The notes: a model not told the origin generated them from the letters alone. Positions 12,900 to 24,287 are shown, numbered from the whole stretch's first letter. The stretch is 54,927 nt of DNA, filler included, from Sluysia triapertura (GCA_046118255.1; 4 parts of 4 records of this genome joined end to end with filler, not necessarily neighbours in it); one strand, 5' to 3'. Program-made: numbers and translations.

Positions 12900-13165
12900 T
12901 TCAAAAATAAATTGGGCAGAATGTCTTCCACGAATCTAACTCAAAATCGCTAAAAATCAAATAATTAATTCAAAATATTAAAAAAAATTAATTGGGCAGG
13001 ATGTCTCACACAAAGTTGACTTCAACTTGCCAAAAATTAAAATGATTAATTCAAAATATTTTAAAAATAAATTGGGCAAGATGTCTTCCACATAGTTACC
13101 TTTGAAATCCCTAAAAAATCAAATTTAATATTTTTAAAAAAATTATGTAGGGTGTCTCTCACAGC
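12900..13165. repeat. Minisatellite, about 4 units of about 80 bp
   Basis: The core AATTGGGCA(G/A)(A/G)ATGTCT(TC/CA)CAC recurs at about 12911, 12990 and 13070, with a degenerate copy at about 13141. Confidence 0.85.
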
Positions 13166-13447
13166 ACTACAAAATTTAAGAATATTCTCCCAAAAATCAA
13201 ATAGAATGATAATAATAATCAAAACAATAATCAAAAAAATATTATTAAAATAATAAAATACATTATTTGACCCTTACGAAAAGCATGGATCTTCTTAATG
13301 AGCCCTATTTTCTTGTTGTGTGATTGTGTAATTGTGTTGTAAAATTTTTAAAATTTCCATGTTATACTTTTTCATTATCCAATCAATCCCAAGTCTCACA
13401 ATCAAACACTGTCTCACACAAATCATCAAAACTTCTTTGAGAATTAA

Positions 13448-13757
13448 CCGTTTGAGTACGGGAGAATTTCTTATGCATATGCTAAAAGTCTGGAATGAAA
13501 TGCGTAATATTTTTTTTGGGGAAGAACAATGAAAATGGTTATAATTAACACTACTTGTTATGTAACAAGTAATTTAGATTAAAAAAATTATTTTTTATTT
13601 TCACTTATTACAAAAATGTTTTGCTGCACAAATTCCATGAACTCCTTTTTATACCAACAGCAGCATTATCAATACAAAACAAGGAAAACGCTATCGCGCT
13701 GCGCAGTATTTTGACATACGACAAGTGAAGCGCGATAGCTTCGCCGGACTTAAACGG
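13448..13757. mobile_element. piggyBac-type MITE
   Basis: TTAA|CCGTTTGAGTAC ... GGACTTAAACGG|TTAA: 12-bp TIR with 10/12 match and TTAA on both sides. An internal inverted repeat GCTATCGCGCT...AGCGCGATAGC lies at about 13690-13740. Confidence 0.75.
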
Positions 13758-14410
13758 TTAAACCGACAATAATAACTTTGACAGTTACGTGGTACGATCT
13801 GTCTGTGGTGGCCCAGCATACACCTACCTATATATCACATCAATCATAATATTCATCTACACAAACTTCATGGCAAAAATTACATTATAACAAGTCTCAT
13901 GTGTATCATTTACAACATTACAATTGTATATTTTTGAAAGTCGTATAATTTAAATGTGCGATGCTGAAGAAATTTTTAATAGTTAAGAAATGGTTTTATT
14001 AATTAGAGTAAGTTATTCAATATAAATGGATTGTTAGCAATAGCTCTAGCGTCAATCATAAAAACAATAACCCATATATGTGGAATTACCGAGAATCCTC
14101 TAACAATCGGTAAGCTGTTTGATATGCACGAAAAGTGCAGTTTCCAGAAGGTTAATGCCAATAATCCAAAAGAAGAATTATCATATTTGTAATAGATTTT
14201 TTATATTTAATGTCTCGATCTTTCTTATATTTGTGAAATATTAACAAATTAAAGATATTTATACTTATAAACCTTTTTATATTGAATATTATCATCTAAA
14301 TGAGTCTGTGAATTCCACTTGTGTCGTAAAGAGAAACGCTACATATAAGTTCGTTTTTGTCCACATTGATAAAGTAACTTACCAATATAAATCAGGAGAG
14401 TTAATTCTAC

Positions 14411-14968
14411 ATGACAAGGAAGATGGATAATTCGACTTTGATATTTACCTATCGAGTAAAAAATTTACAGAGTAATCGAGACGAAATTTTGCATTGTCCT
14501 TTCTCGAGTTGGAAATTGAATATCAACAATAATTTTGAAATAACTATTTCTAATATAAAATTGAAATTAACCCTGCACCTCATACCAAGTAATAATGTTC
14601 CTGCTCTAAAGAGGGTTTCAGATTACGTAGTTTGTGGAGTTTATCGATTGCATAACATTGTTTACTTAAGTCTCGTAACTAATTTTCTAACCAACACCCA
14701 AGTCAAACAGGAACATTACTTGCTTGGTATCGGAGGTGAGTTTGTAGACTTACGAGTCCATGGTGTTATTTTTTATTCAATTTTTAATTTGAATTTTAAT
14801 CTAATTTTGAAATTAACATGCGATTTAAATTCTGATATGTTTGTTTTGCTTGTTGATGTTGAATGCACGATGCATCGTTGTTACAATAATCATACTTGGA
14901 TGATGTATTTCCACAACCCGGTCATCGAACTAAACTTCTTATTCTCATGTTTTGCCCTGAAGACGTAA
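14411..14968 (+). CDS. Orphan intronless ORF (185 aa), probably part of a longer disrupted reading frame at about 14300-15311
   Basis: Long open frame with non-repetitive composition in very AT-rich DNA. It is continued by overlapping ORFs 14896-15135 and 15114-15311, which suggests frameshifts. No family recognised. Confidence 0.4.
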   Translation: MTRKMDNSTLIFTYRVKNLQSNRDEILHCPFSSWKLNINNNFEITISNIKLKLTLHLIPSNNVPALKRVSDYVVCGVYRLHNIVYLSLVTNFLTNTQVKQEHYLLGIGGEFVDLRVHGVIFYSIFNLNFNLILKLTCDLNSDMFVLLVDVECTMHRCYNNHTWMMYFHNPVIELNFLFSCFALKT

Positions 14969-16699
14969 ATTTTTATTACGAATTTAACAATTCAGATGAT
15001 TTCAAATTGAAAAGGTTGGGCATAATTAATAGTTGCAACACAAACGTACGTATTCGTCGAGGCCGGTATAAAGTTTTAAATAATTTTAAAATTAATTACA
15101 GTTACATTATTGTTTGTCTTCTATATATTTTTTGATCCTGTCTAAACCTGATAACATAACTTATATTGTTCAAAACTTTGGAAAGAGTGCATGCTGTGGA
15201 CTGATATTCGATAAACCCATGATTTATAACGAATGTCAGTCTTATATCATTATGGTTGTTAATTTTTTTAGTGTCAACAATTTTTGTCAATTTCATTTTA
15301 TTTGTATATAATAAAAATTTTTTATGTTACTTTTATTCAAAAGCTTTTCTTCATAAAGGAACTTTTGAGTGGCTTAAGCACCGATATTGTCATAACTGTA
15401 GACTTTACGTAATAAAACTCCTAGTAATAATATGAGTAACAAAAGTGATAGCAATAATTTTAATTCCTTAAATGAAAAAAATCTACAATACTGTCAAACT
15501 TTATTAGGTACAAAACATAGAAACTTGATTTATTATCAACCATCTATTTTTACTTAAATTACTTCTCATATTAAAATAACAATCAACAATATTGATAACA
15601 TACATAAAAATAATGAATTTAATTTCACTTTTTAAAATTTAATTGAATTTTCGATCTTTCATACCCAATTTTCTAATGACATATGTTTTAAGGTTCTTAT
15701 ACTCAAACGAACCATTCCACAACTATTTCGAACTCATAACAATCATCCCATATTCCATTCATTACATTTGCATCACTCTAAGTATTAAAAATTCAACTAA
15801 AATTTTTAATTAATTAAAATTAATTAAAATTTGACTTTTATCGATATTAAAGCTTTCCTTGCGTGAACTCGATCCTCCATATTTTCATCGAAAGGTCTTT
15901 TCAAAACAAATACATACACAACTTCAAATTTAACATAGCATTCTCATTCAAAAGTTATTCACAAAACGTACTTTTTCTTAATTAAGTTAATTAATATTTT
16001 AATTAATTAATCTATTTTTAGACTTAATCTTATTCTATGTTTAAAGGTTTTATTAAGGTCCTAAAGTTATAAGGTACTCAAGAGGAGCTAGATGTTTTCA
16101 CCTTCACCTCCCTTCACCTACTTCTTTATGTTAATTATTTCATAGTAGATTTATCTTTAATAACAATGATTTTATTTCTCAGATGTTTTAAAGATTTTGA
16201 ACACTTTTTAAGATTACTAAATGATCTCAAATGATTATCGATGTTCCAAGAATACTTAAATGTTACTAAGGTCTTAAACGATCTAAATGTTCACTAGTTC
16301 AAAAGTATTTTAATGCTTTGAAAGGTTTTCAAAGTCAATCTCAAGCTTCCATAAAGTCTCAAACAATTTTATAGGTCTTTGTAATTCCAGGTATACTTTA
16401 ACTCTTAACATTATTATATATGTTTTCACTTGCATGATTCTTATTCCAACAATTTTCATCATGTTCAATCCATCACTTTGCATCAATTTTCCTTCATTTT
16501 ATAATTATATATTTCTCACTCATTTCCTGATCTCAGTTTGTTAATCCCAACAATTATAACAATGTCACTGTGCATAGATAAATATTTAAGTTCCTCAGGA
16601 TATTGTAATATTTTTGTATTATTTCTTAAGCATCAATTCTTTTAAGGCTGTATTAATTACCAATTAAATAGTAGAAGAAATCAAAGCACAAAATCAAAA

Positions 16700-16917
16700 T
16701 AAAATAAATCGAATTAATTTATTAATAAATGTGCATCAAATTTAGAAAACTAAAGACGACGCAAACAAAATTACAGTGACAGTAGCTCATTCAATTAATA
16801 CCAATATCAAGTCTAATAAATCGTTAAATTGAAAAATAATCATGGAAGAAAATATTAATTGTATTGTTAAAAAGTGTAAATATCAATTAAATAAAATATC
16901 ACATATTCGAAAATTTA
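16700..16917 (+). mobile_element. CR1/L2-type LINE RT C-terminal fragment, cut by the linker
   Basis: MEENINCIVKKCKYQLNKISHIRKF, with DNA nearly identical to 54860-54927 and 25760-25830. Confidence 0.65.
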
Positions 16918-17017
16918 NNNNNNNNNNNNNNNNNNNNNNNNNNNNNNNNNNNNNNNNNNNNTTAATTAATTAANNNNNNNNNNNNNNNNNNNNNNNNNNN
17001 NNNNNNNNNNNNNNNNN
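16918..17017. other. Artificial assembly linker (44N-TTAATTAATTAA-44N)
   Basis: Exact 100-bp structure repeated three times in the window. TTAATTAATTAA has stops in all six frames. Confidence 0.95.
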
Positions 17018-17736
17018 TATACTATATATGTATATTATATAGTATATAATGAAACACCTACGAACAACTATTATTCCAAAATGAGACATGCTTTATATTA
17101 TAAAGCATTGATTTCCCAATTAGAAATTTATTGTAAATATTTCAGAATTTTATTTCAAAAAAAACTCAAGAAGGATAATGAAAATTCATGATTTTAAGAC
17201 AAAATCAGGTGCACCTAATTCAAAAACCGGTGCAGAAAATTTATCTGGTACAATGAAATTTTATATGATTAATTTATAATCGACTTCTATATTTTATAAA
17301 CGATTTTAATTTACCAGATTATATTAAAAAATCTTTAGTAAAAATTTAATTTAATTTTAATAATTATAATATAATATAATACAATAATATATTAATCTAT
17401 ATTGCGTTCATATGAACTGTATTGAAATAATATTACATTATTATATGGATTTTTAGTTAAAAGTCTAATGTTATTAAATGTAGCAAATACATTTACTAAC
17501 AAATTTCGAATCAATTTAATGGTTTAATACAAATTTAGCTTAAATCTTTGGGATTGTGGTTGTATTTAATATTGTTTTTATTAGTATTTTGACTTTTAGA
17601 ATTAATGTTTGAATTTTGACTCGTTATTATTAATATTTGAGTTTCAAAACTGTTACAATTTAGATTAACAATCAATTTATGATTAAATTCAATTATGAAT
17701 ATTCCCAACATTTTTGTACAAAAACTTGTAGCGAAA

Positions 17737-18390
17737 TCAACTAAGACAAAATTTTTTATTTAGAATTAGTAGACACCAATAATTAAATTTAATTTTTTTT
17801 GTTCTGAATGTGCCATGAAATAGAGTCGATGCTAAAAACAAATTATAGTTATGATTCAAATTAATTAAATAATAGTAAATTGTTACTGTAATCTCGTGTC
17901 CTTTAAGGTTATTAACATAGATACGACTAAATTTGACATAAAATGTATTACTTCTGATGTTAGATTCGTAACCATTATGAAACCCAATTTTGTGAGTATT
18001 ATCTTTAATATCATTTATATTGATAGAAGAAATGTTGATGATGAATTTACGTTTGAAGCTGCAACTTCCGCATTTCGTGACGATATAATAATCAAACGTA
18101 GTACTAAATTCATAATTTTGAGCATTGGTGCAGTTGTATTTGTAATTTTGTGCATACTTACCCGGCGATAATTTTTCAATTCTAAGATTATGCGCTACTT
18201 GTTTAGTTTTTACCATTTGATCATCGGTTTGCGTTAGATTATCATATAATTTCAGGACTTCTATACGCCGAGGATGGAAAACATCAACAAAAGAATGATC
18301 ATTTGTCGTAAGAGTATTTTGGTTATAACTATCTTTATAATCTTTGATTATACAATTACTAAAAACATGAATGTTGGAGAAATATTCCAT
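17737..18390 (-). CDS. Orphan intronless ORF (217 aa)
   Basis: ATG-initiated, uninterrupted 654-nt frame with complex composition, starting 21 nt after the stop of the upstream ORF. No family recognised. Confidence 0.5.
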   Translation of the reverse strand: MEYFSNIHVFSNCIIKDYKDSYNQNTLTTNDHSFVDVFHPRRIEVLKLYDNLTQTDDQMVKTKQVAHNLRIEKLSPGKYAQNYKYNCTNAQNYEFSTTFDYYIVTKCGSCSFKRKFIINISSININDIKDNTHKIGFHNGYESNIRSNTFYVKFSRIYVNNLKGHEITVTIYYYLINLNHNYNLFLASTLFHGTFRTKKIKFNYWCLLILNKKFCLS

Positions 18391-18411
18391 AACTCTACAC
18401 TGCTTCCAAAA

Positions 18412-18762
18412 TCAATTTTGTAACAGCTGTACTATTTCCTTGTAACTTCGTAAATCTCTTGTAGTTTCTAGCGATTTCAATGGTCGAGCTTCAATTTGAG
18501 CAATGTGCCTCTGCAAGGAAATGGGTCGATAAGCCTCGTCTTCAATTGTAATAAGTATGTTGTCATTTTCGATCTTAAGCCAAATTTTATCAACACTCGG
18601 TGGCAACGGATCAAAAACTAAGTTGACTTCTTGATGTAATAAAAGTCGAAACAAGAGGAATAATTGGCAAACTTCGTTTTTGTTTAGGTATACCATAATA
18701 GAATCGACATTTAAATCTATCAACGCTTCCTTGATCATCGTTACTTCTCTGGCTGAATCCAT
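18412..18762 (-). CDS. Orphan intronless ORF (about 116 aa from the first ATG, MDSAREV...)
   Basis: Open frame with globular-looking sequence. The ORF track starts it at TTG 18783, but the first ATG is at 18762. It is tandem with 17737-18390. Confidence 0.45.
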   Translation of the reverse strand: MDSAREVTMIKEALIDLNVDSIMVYLNKNEVCQLFLLFRLLLHQEVNLVFDPLPPSVDKIWLKIENDNILITIEDEAYRPISLQRHIAQIEARPLKSLETTRDLRSYKEIVQLLQN

Positions 18763-18899
18763 ACATCTAATTTTTTCATTCAAATCTGTTGTTCTCTATT
18801 AAAATCGTTTGGTAACTGTTTTTAAGTTTTTTCTCAAGTATTGTTATTGCATAATTATGATAGTGCACTTATTTTATTTTTATACACAAACTTTTGCAT

Positions 18900-19100
18900 C
18901 ACGATTGGTTGTCCAACCAAAATCGTTTGAAAATGAATAAAATAACTGATTTGGTTGGGCAGACAGTAAGGTTTGTTCGTCAAATATTGAAAGTCAATGA
19001 TCGCTGTCAACTGTGGTGAGAACCATCATCAACAACGACATGAATTTATATTTGTGCAACAAAATGTCGCCGTTGATGATGGCAGTAATCAAGTTGATTA
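18900..19100. promoter_or_regulatory. CCAAT-box-like plus 19-bp-stem hairpin module, copy 1 (function unknown)
   Basis: GATTGGTTGTCCAACCA...TGATTTGGTTGG followed by arms CCATCATCAACAACGACAT (19023-19041) and ATGTCGCCGTTGATGATGG (19064-19082). Homologous to 32120-32320. Confidence 0.45.
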
Positions 19101-19199
19101 AGAACTGCTTTATTGGAATTTTATTTTAATTAATTTGTGTTAAAAATAATGATAATAATAATAATCTCAGAGTGTTATTATTATTATTAATGAAGAAAT

Positions 19200-19690
19200 T
19201 TACATAAAGTCTTTATTTCTTTAAAAATAAATTAACAAGATCTTTTCTGTCTTAATTCTTTTCTTGTTCTGACATATGCCAATAAGATGAAATAAAATTG
19301 CTGATATTGTATGACAGAGCAACAATAACAGGATATACTATGCTTGAGTTATCGTTGCTGCTTCGTTTTATAACATTGAATTCTTTAAAGATGTATTAGA
19401 TTTGTTTTGAATTTTTGAAAAGTTTTATCATGTTGAAATAGATTAAAATGTATTTGAGACTAAATTGTTGGGTGAGAATTGTTTTGAAAAAAATGATAGA
19501 TATGTTTGACCTTTGAAGGCTTAATAATTGATATAAGTCTTGAGTGAATTAGAGTGTGTTAGAATATGTTCTTCAATGTTAAATGAAGTTTTTATGTGTG
19601 AAAACAAGTTTTATGTATTGAAATATAATGGATAAAGGTTTATTGAGAAGATTGTGATTTAAAAAAATGCTTAGCAACTCTTTGCGTAGC
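19200..19690 (-). mobile_element. Possible decayed LINE 3' end (CCHC-like region)
   Basis: LCHTISAILFHLIGICQNK near 19265-19325 resembles the LINE C-terminal CxxC-x7/8-H-x4-C. AAT/ATT tracts lie next to it at about 19145-19190. Confidence 0.3.
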
Positions 19691-20369
19691 TACGGTGCTG
19701 TTGCACAATGTTAATGACGATTATGTGTAGATGAATAGTAAGTTTGAAATGTTGTAATTGATTTAAGGTGTGAATTAGGTATCTTATACTTTTCAAATAG
19801 GTTTACTAGTGTTGTGGAATGGTATTAAATGTATTTGTGATTTATATGTTGTAAGTTTATGATTGTGATTTGATTTGAGCGAATGAACTATTAAATGAAT
19901 GTTATCGATTGTGAGATATTAATTGCCAAAATGTAGTGTAAAATGAAGGGTTTGAAAGTATTAGATGGATTATTTCGAATGAACTTGTTGTTGGATTATT
20001 GTGAATGTCGAGTTATGTTTTTTTGTGTGAATTAGTTAATGTAAATTGATAGTGTTAAATATGATTGTGATTTGGATGTTGTGGAATTTTAATAAATTTT
20101 TAGTGGTTATGAGGGTTGGCCACTACAGAAGGAAAATAATTTATTAGATTCTTCAAATTATCCGAAAAATTATGTTTCTTAGAGCAGTCAATAGGAAACC
20201 AAAATCCAATTGTCAAAAGATAAAAATAATCGACAAATGAAAAGATAGACTTTAATGTTTCAATCTAAATTATATTGACGAAAAATCCAAACAGGCCTTA
20301 CAAAAAATGTATCAAAAATAAATCATTTCAAATGATCTATTTCAAAAAGGGATTTTCTGTGAGATTTAA

Positions 20370-20579
20370 TCCTTCCGGGACGGGCTTTCTAAAGAGAAAT
20401 TTTTCAATAAAGTATTTAATTTAAGTGTGATACTTTTTAAAACAAGGATTTATGCACAATCCAACATTTACTCACTACGGAAATTTTGTATCTTTTCTTC
20501 TGAATGAAATGTATATATAAAGTGTTTTTTATTTAGAATTATAAGACAAAAAATGAAACTGTGTCACCATCCCAAAATG
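20370..20579. mobile_element. piggyBac-type MITE, copy A
   Basis: TTAA|TCCTTCCGGGACG ... CATCCCAAAATGG|TTAA. The interior is the reverse-complement homologue of 22161-22450. Confidence 0.55.
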
Positions 20580-21624
20580 GTTAATTACTCGAGTATGCAA
20601 TACTGTGAAAAATGACAAATTAAGAAAAAGGTTTAACGAAAATAAACGGCACTATTTGAATAAGTACAAGTCGGCAACCTACAGTTTGTTGAATAACAAG
20701 TACCACTGTATCAACACTGTTTCTAAAACCTTTTCCAAATAATTTTTTTGTAAGAATTACATGAGGAGAACCATCGGCATATGTTCCAAAGACACTAGAA
20801 TGACAACCTTTATATTTCGAAAAATTTGCCAAAAGTGAATACTAAAAACACAAACAAATATTAACTAGTAAGTCAGATATAAGTGAATAAGTATGATAGT
20901 TTGTAAGGAAAACTGACGATGTAGCCATTGTATAAGATCCATTTCATGAAAATTATTAGAGAAATAAATTGTTTAAAGAGCGGCATTAATTATAGAAAGG
21001 ATCTTATGTGATGAAAAGTAGACATTTATTAGCTACAAATTTAAGCAAGAGAAAAATAAATAGAAAACATCAGAATTATGCACATTTTTTGAGTAATTCT
21101 TTGGATAATAAATAATAAACTATCAAAAATCCATAGTAAATTTCTTTTTATTCTTTTTATAATAAATAAATATTCTATAAAAGTTTGATTTTGACTCAAA
21201 CTCAGTAAATTTAACACATATCTATCTGTTATGCCAGATTTTCTTAGCTTCATAAACGAAAATCAGTAAACAAAAATAGTTAACGTAAAATATTTAAGAA
21301 ATTTGGTAAAGATCAGATTAGTAAATACTTAAAACCGTTAGTCTTTATTACCTATAAGTCTTTGCTACATATATTCGCGACAACAGATCTTTTATTTCTT
21401 TCATATGAAGTATCGTTTCACAACGAATATAAAAGTATGTCTTTATAACAAATATACCATTACAACTACAAGCCTATTTCAAATGTATTTTTCAAAAGTA
21501 TTCTAGTTTATTAACATTTTATTTGAATATGAATTATTTTTCAATTTAATTATTATACAATGAACTAAATCTAATCGTCATTAATTCTATAAAATATTTG
21601 TTGTCTTTTATTTTATTGAGTGCA

Positions 21625-21760
21625 NNNNNNNNNNNNNNNNNNNNNNNNNNNNNNNNNNNNNNNNNNNNNNNNNNNNNNNNNNNNNNNNNNNNNNNNNNNN
21701 NNNNNNNNNNNNNNNNNNNNNNNNNNNNNNNNNNNNNNNNNNNNNNNNNNNNNNNNNNNN
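21625..21760. other. Sequence gap (136 N)
   Basis: Plain N run without the TTAATTAATTAA linker. Confidence 0.95.
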
Positions 21761-22160
21761 ACTAGGACGTAAAATTGTTATTTTAACCGTATTAATTTAT
21801 TGATTAATTAAAACAAGCATTATTTGATATTTATTTTACATAAATATTTGTATTTACATTGATATTTATTAATAACACTTTAAATAATTATTACATTTCA
21901 TGTTATCTATTGCTTTAATTATGTAATATTATAATTAAAGATTTGATTATGTGATAACAATTTGCAAGTTCGTTATTTTAAGTAATCTATTTGAAATTTT
22001 ACGATGTGAAAAAATTATGCTACTTTTAATTATTTAAATATAATAATTTACTTCTTCATTTTATTAAATTTGAATTAATAAATTAATTAATTTTATTTAC
22101 TTTCAAGCCATTTTCTTCATTTATGTTAATTTTCTCCGTATGGCACATTCGACTAATTAA

Positions 22161-22450
22161 TCCTTCCGGGACGTGTGACACATACGTGAATATTAGTAAT
22201 TATCTTTAAAAAATGAGTTATTTTATCAATAAAATTTCATTTTTCGTCTCACATTTCTAAATAAAATGTATTTTTTGAATACACATTGCATGCAGAAGAA
22301 AATACACAAAATTTCAATGTAATTAATGCTAAGTTGGATTGTTGATAGATCCTTGTTATAAAGAGTATCACCCTCTTAAACACTTTTAATAACTTAAATT
22401 AAATATTTTATTGAAAGATTTATCTTAAAAAAGCCCATCTGGAAATGGAA
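22161..22450. mobile_element. piggyBac-type MITE, copy B (inverted relative to copy A)
   Basis: TTAA|TCCTTCCGGGACGTG..., with a degenerate right end AAAAGCCCATCTGGAAATGG. Shares internal blocks with 20370-20579. Confidence 0.5.
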
Positions 22451-22814
22451 AATTCCTCTTTGAAATAATTTATTTATGACGTTTAACCATTTATGGTCCA
22501 CTGGACATATTTCATTGGTATTGTAGTGCCACAGCTGTACATCACATTTTTTACCCAATCATAAACACAAACACAAGAACAAACATAACTCACTTATATA
22601 CATTTCATCCACCTCATAACTTCACCACATTTCATTCAATCTATAAAATTTAGATAACATAATCACCAATATATAAAATCACCATAATCTACAAATTATA
22701 TTAACCTATTATAAATTTAGCGTAGGTATTTTTGTCGATATCGACTTCTTCGTCCACTTTAGCAGCACGCCAAAAATTTTAATAGTGTCTATGATCTATT
22801 ATGTGGATATATTA

Positions 22815-24017
22815 CAGTAAACTCCCAGTTATCCGGGATAATGATGGGGAGGGCCGGTACGGATAATTCTCAAAATAATAATATATAATAACTAAAAATA
22901 TACTAGTATAATACAAAAACAATGAAAATACATTCAATGCTTTATTCAAAAATCGGTAATTTTGGTGTGTTTAAGCGAATTTATCAATGACTTTTTAATA
23001 TCATCTGGAATTTTTCTTAAAGATATTACATCGTTATAGTCGAAGCTCCACTGATCGACATATTCTAATAAAGTATCAACAGAAGTCAATTCCGCGTCGT
23101 GACTACTACGATTGGTAATATTTTCTACCTCACTTTCAGTCTCACTTTTATTTTCATTTGGATTTGAAATTAGATTTGAAATAATATCAGTGTCACTCTG
23201 TATCTGGAATCCTGAATCAGATGAATCAAATTCCATCCATTTCTTAATATTTGGTCATCAACATTTTAAATTTAAATTTTTCTTTAGTTCACATAATTCT
23301 GAAGTGTTACATATCTCAGGTTCGATAGAGTCCGAAGCATTACTTTGTACATATGATCGAACTGGTTTTGTTATAAGATTTAGCAGCTTCATATATTGCA
23401 TCCAACACTGTCATTTTTTCCATAAATTCATTAAATCGTCATTTTAAGGACATCATTGTGATAATGTAGTTTCATTAAAGAGATAACTCCTTGATCCATA
23501 AGTTGAATTAAAGATATTACATTAGGTGGTAAAAATTTTGCAGCTATAAAGCCGTCGTCTGTTTTCAGTATGCCTTCATTTGGATGACAAGGATCATTAT
23601 CTAATAACAGTTGCAATCCTTTTGAGGTACCCTCTCTGGAACTCCCCTTTTTGTACATACATCATGAACACTCAAAGACTGGTTTGAGAATTTATTTATG
23701 TAGGTGTACAATGCTTTGTCCTATTCTTAATTTATTTGATATTGGTTGACATATTCATTGGGTAAAAATTTTACAAAAAAATATTTCAATAAATTCTTCG
23801 AAGACGTCAGTGTTGGTGGGGCAAACACATTTACTTTTAATAAACTCGAATTTCTGGGACCCATTTATTTTTAAATGAATGTTCAAAGATCCTTCTGTCC
23901 ATCCATGTTCTTTTTTGATTGTAGTAGTCAACAGGAAGATTCTTTATTTCTGTTCCTTTTTGAATTTTCTAAATATTATCCACGGATAATTGCCCATGGA
24001 TAATCGGGAGTTTACAG
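22815..24017 (-). mobile_element. pogo/Tigger-family DNA transposon, internally deleted, transposase pseudogene
   Basis: TA|CAGTAAACTCCCAGTTATCC ... GGATAATCGGGAGTTTACAG|TA: 20-bp TIR with 3 mismatches and TA TSD. DDE_1 motifs LPVDYYNQKRTWMDRRIF (about 23885-23945) and [11 protein letters not shown]...[18 protein letters not shown] (23431-23658), plus an acidic C-terminal region (22946-23236). Confidence 0.9.
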
Positions 24018-24287
24018 TAGTACTATTCTTTCACGAATCAGTAATGATCATATATAGTCTTGTAACATCTTTCTTTGTACCTTTATATCCAAATGAAAGT
24101 GTTCATCTTACTCTTCAAGAAAAAGTTCCAAATATTAATATTTTTTCTATAATTAATTTTCCGCTGAAAAAAGCAAAAAAATATACTCAAAATTTAATGT
24201 GTTTTAATATAGAAATAACTATTTCTTGAAAATATTTTTAGTTCTTAATTTCAAAATTATGACAATCATAAATAGTATAAAACTAAC

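Noticed and set aside
12900-13165. CRISPR-like repeat-spacer array
   Set aside because: The spacers are homologous to each other, the context is eukaryotic, and there are no cas genes. It is a minisatellite.
17896-18171. Plus-strand 91-aa ORF (and 23112-23447)
   Set aside because: Antisense shadows of longer or better-supported minus-strand frames.
20620-20832. 70-aa ORF as the missing last RGS exon
   Set aside because: It lacks VN(I/L)D, F..AQ and DSY.RF motifs and starts at a non-ATG codon.
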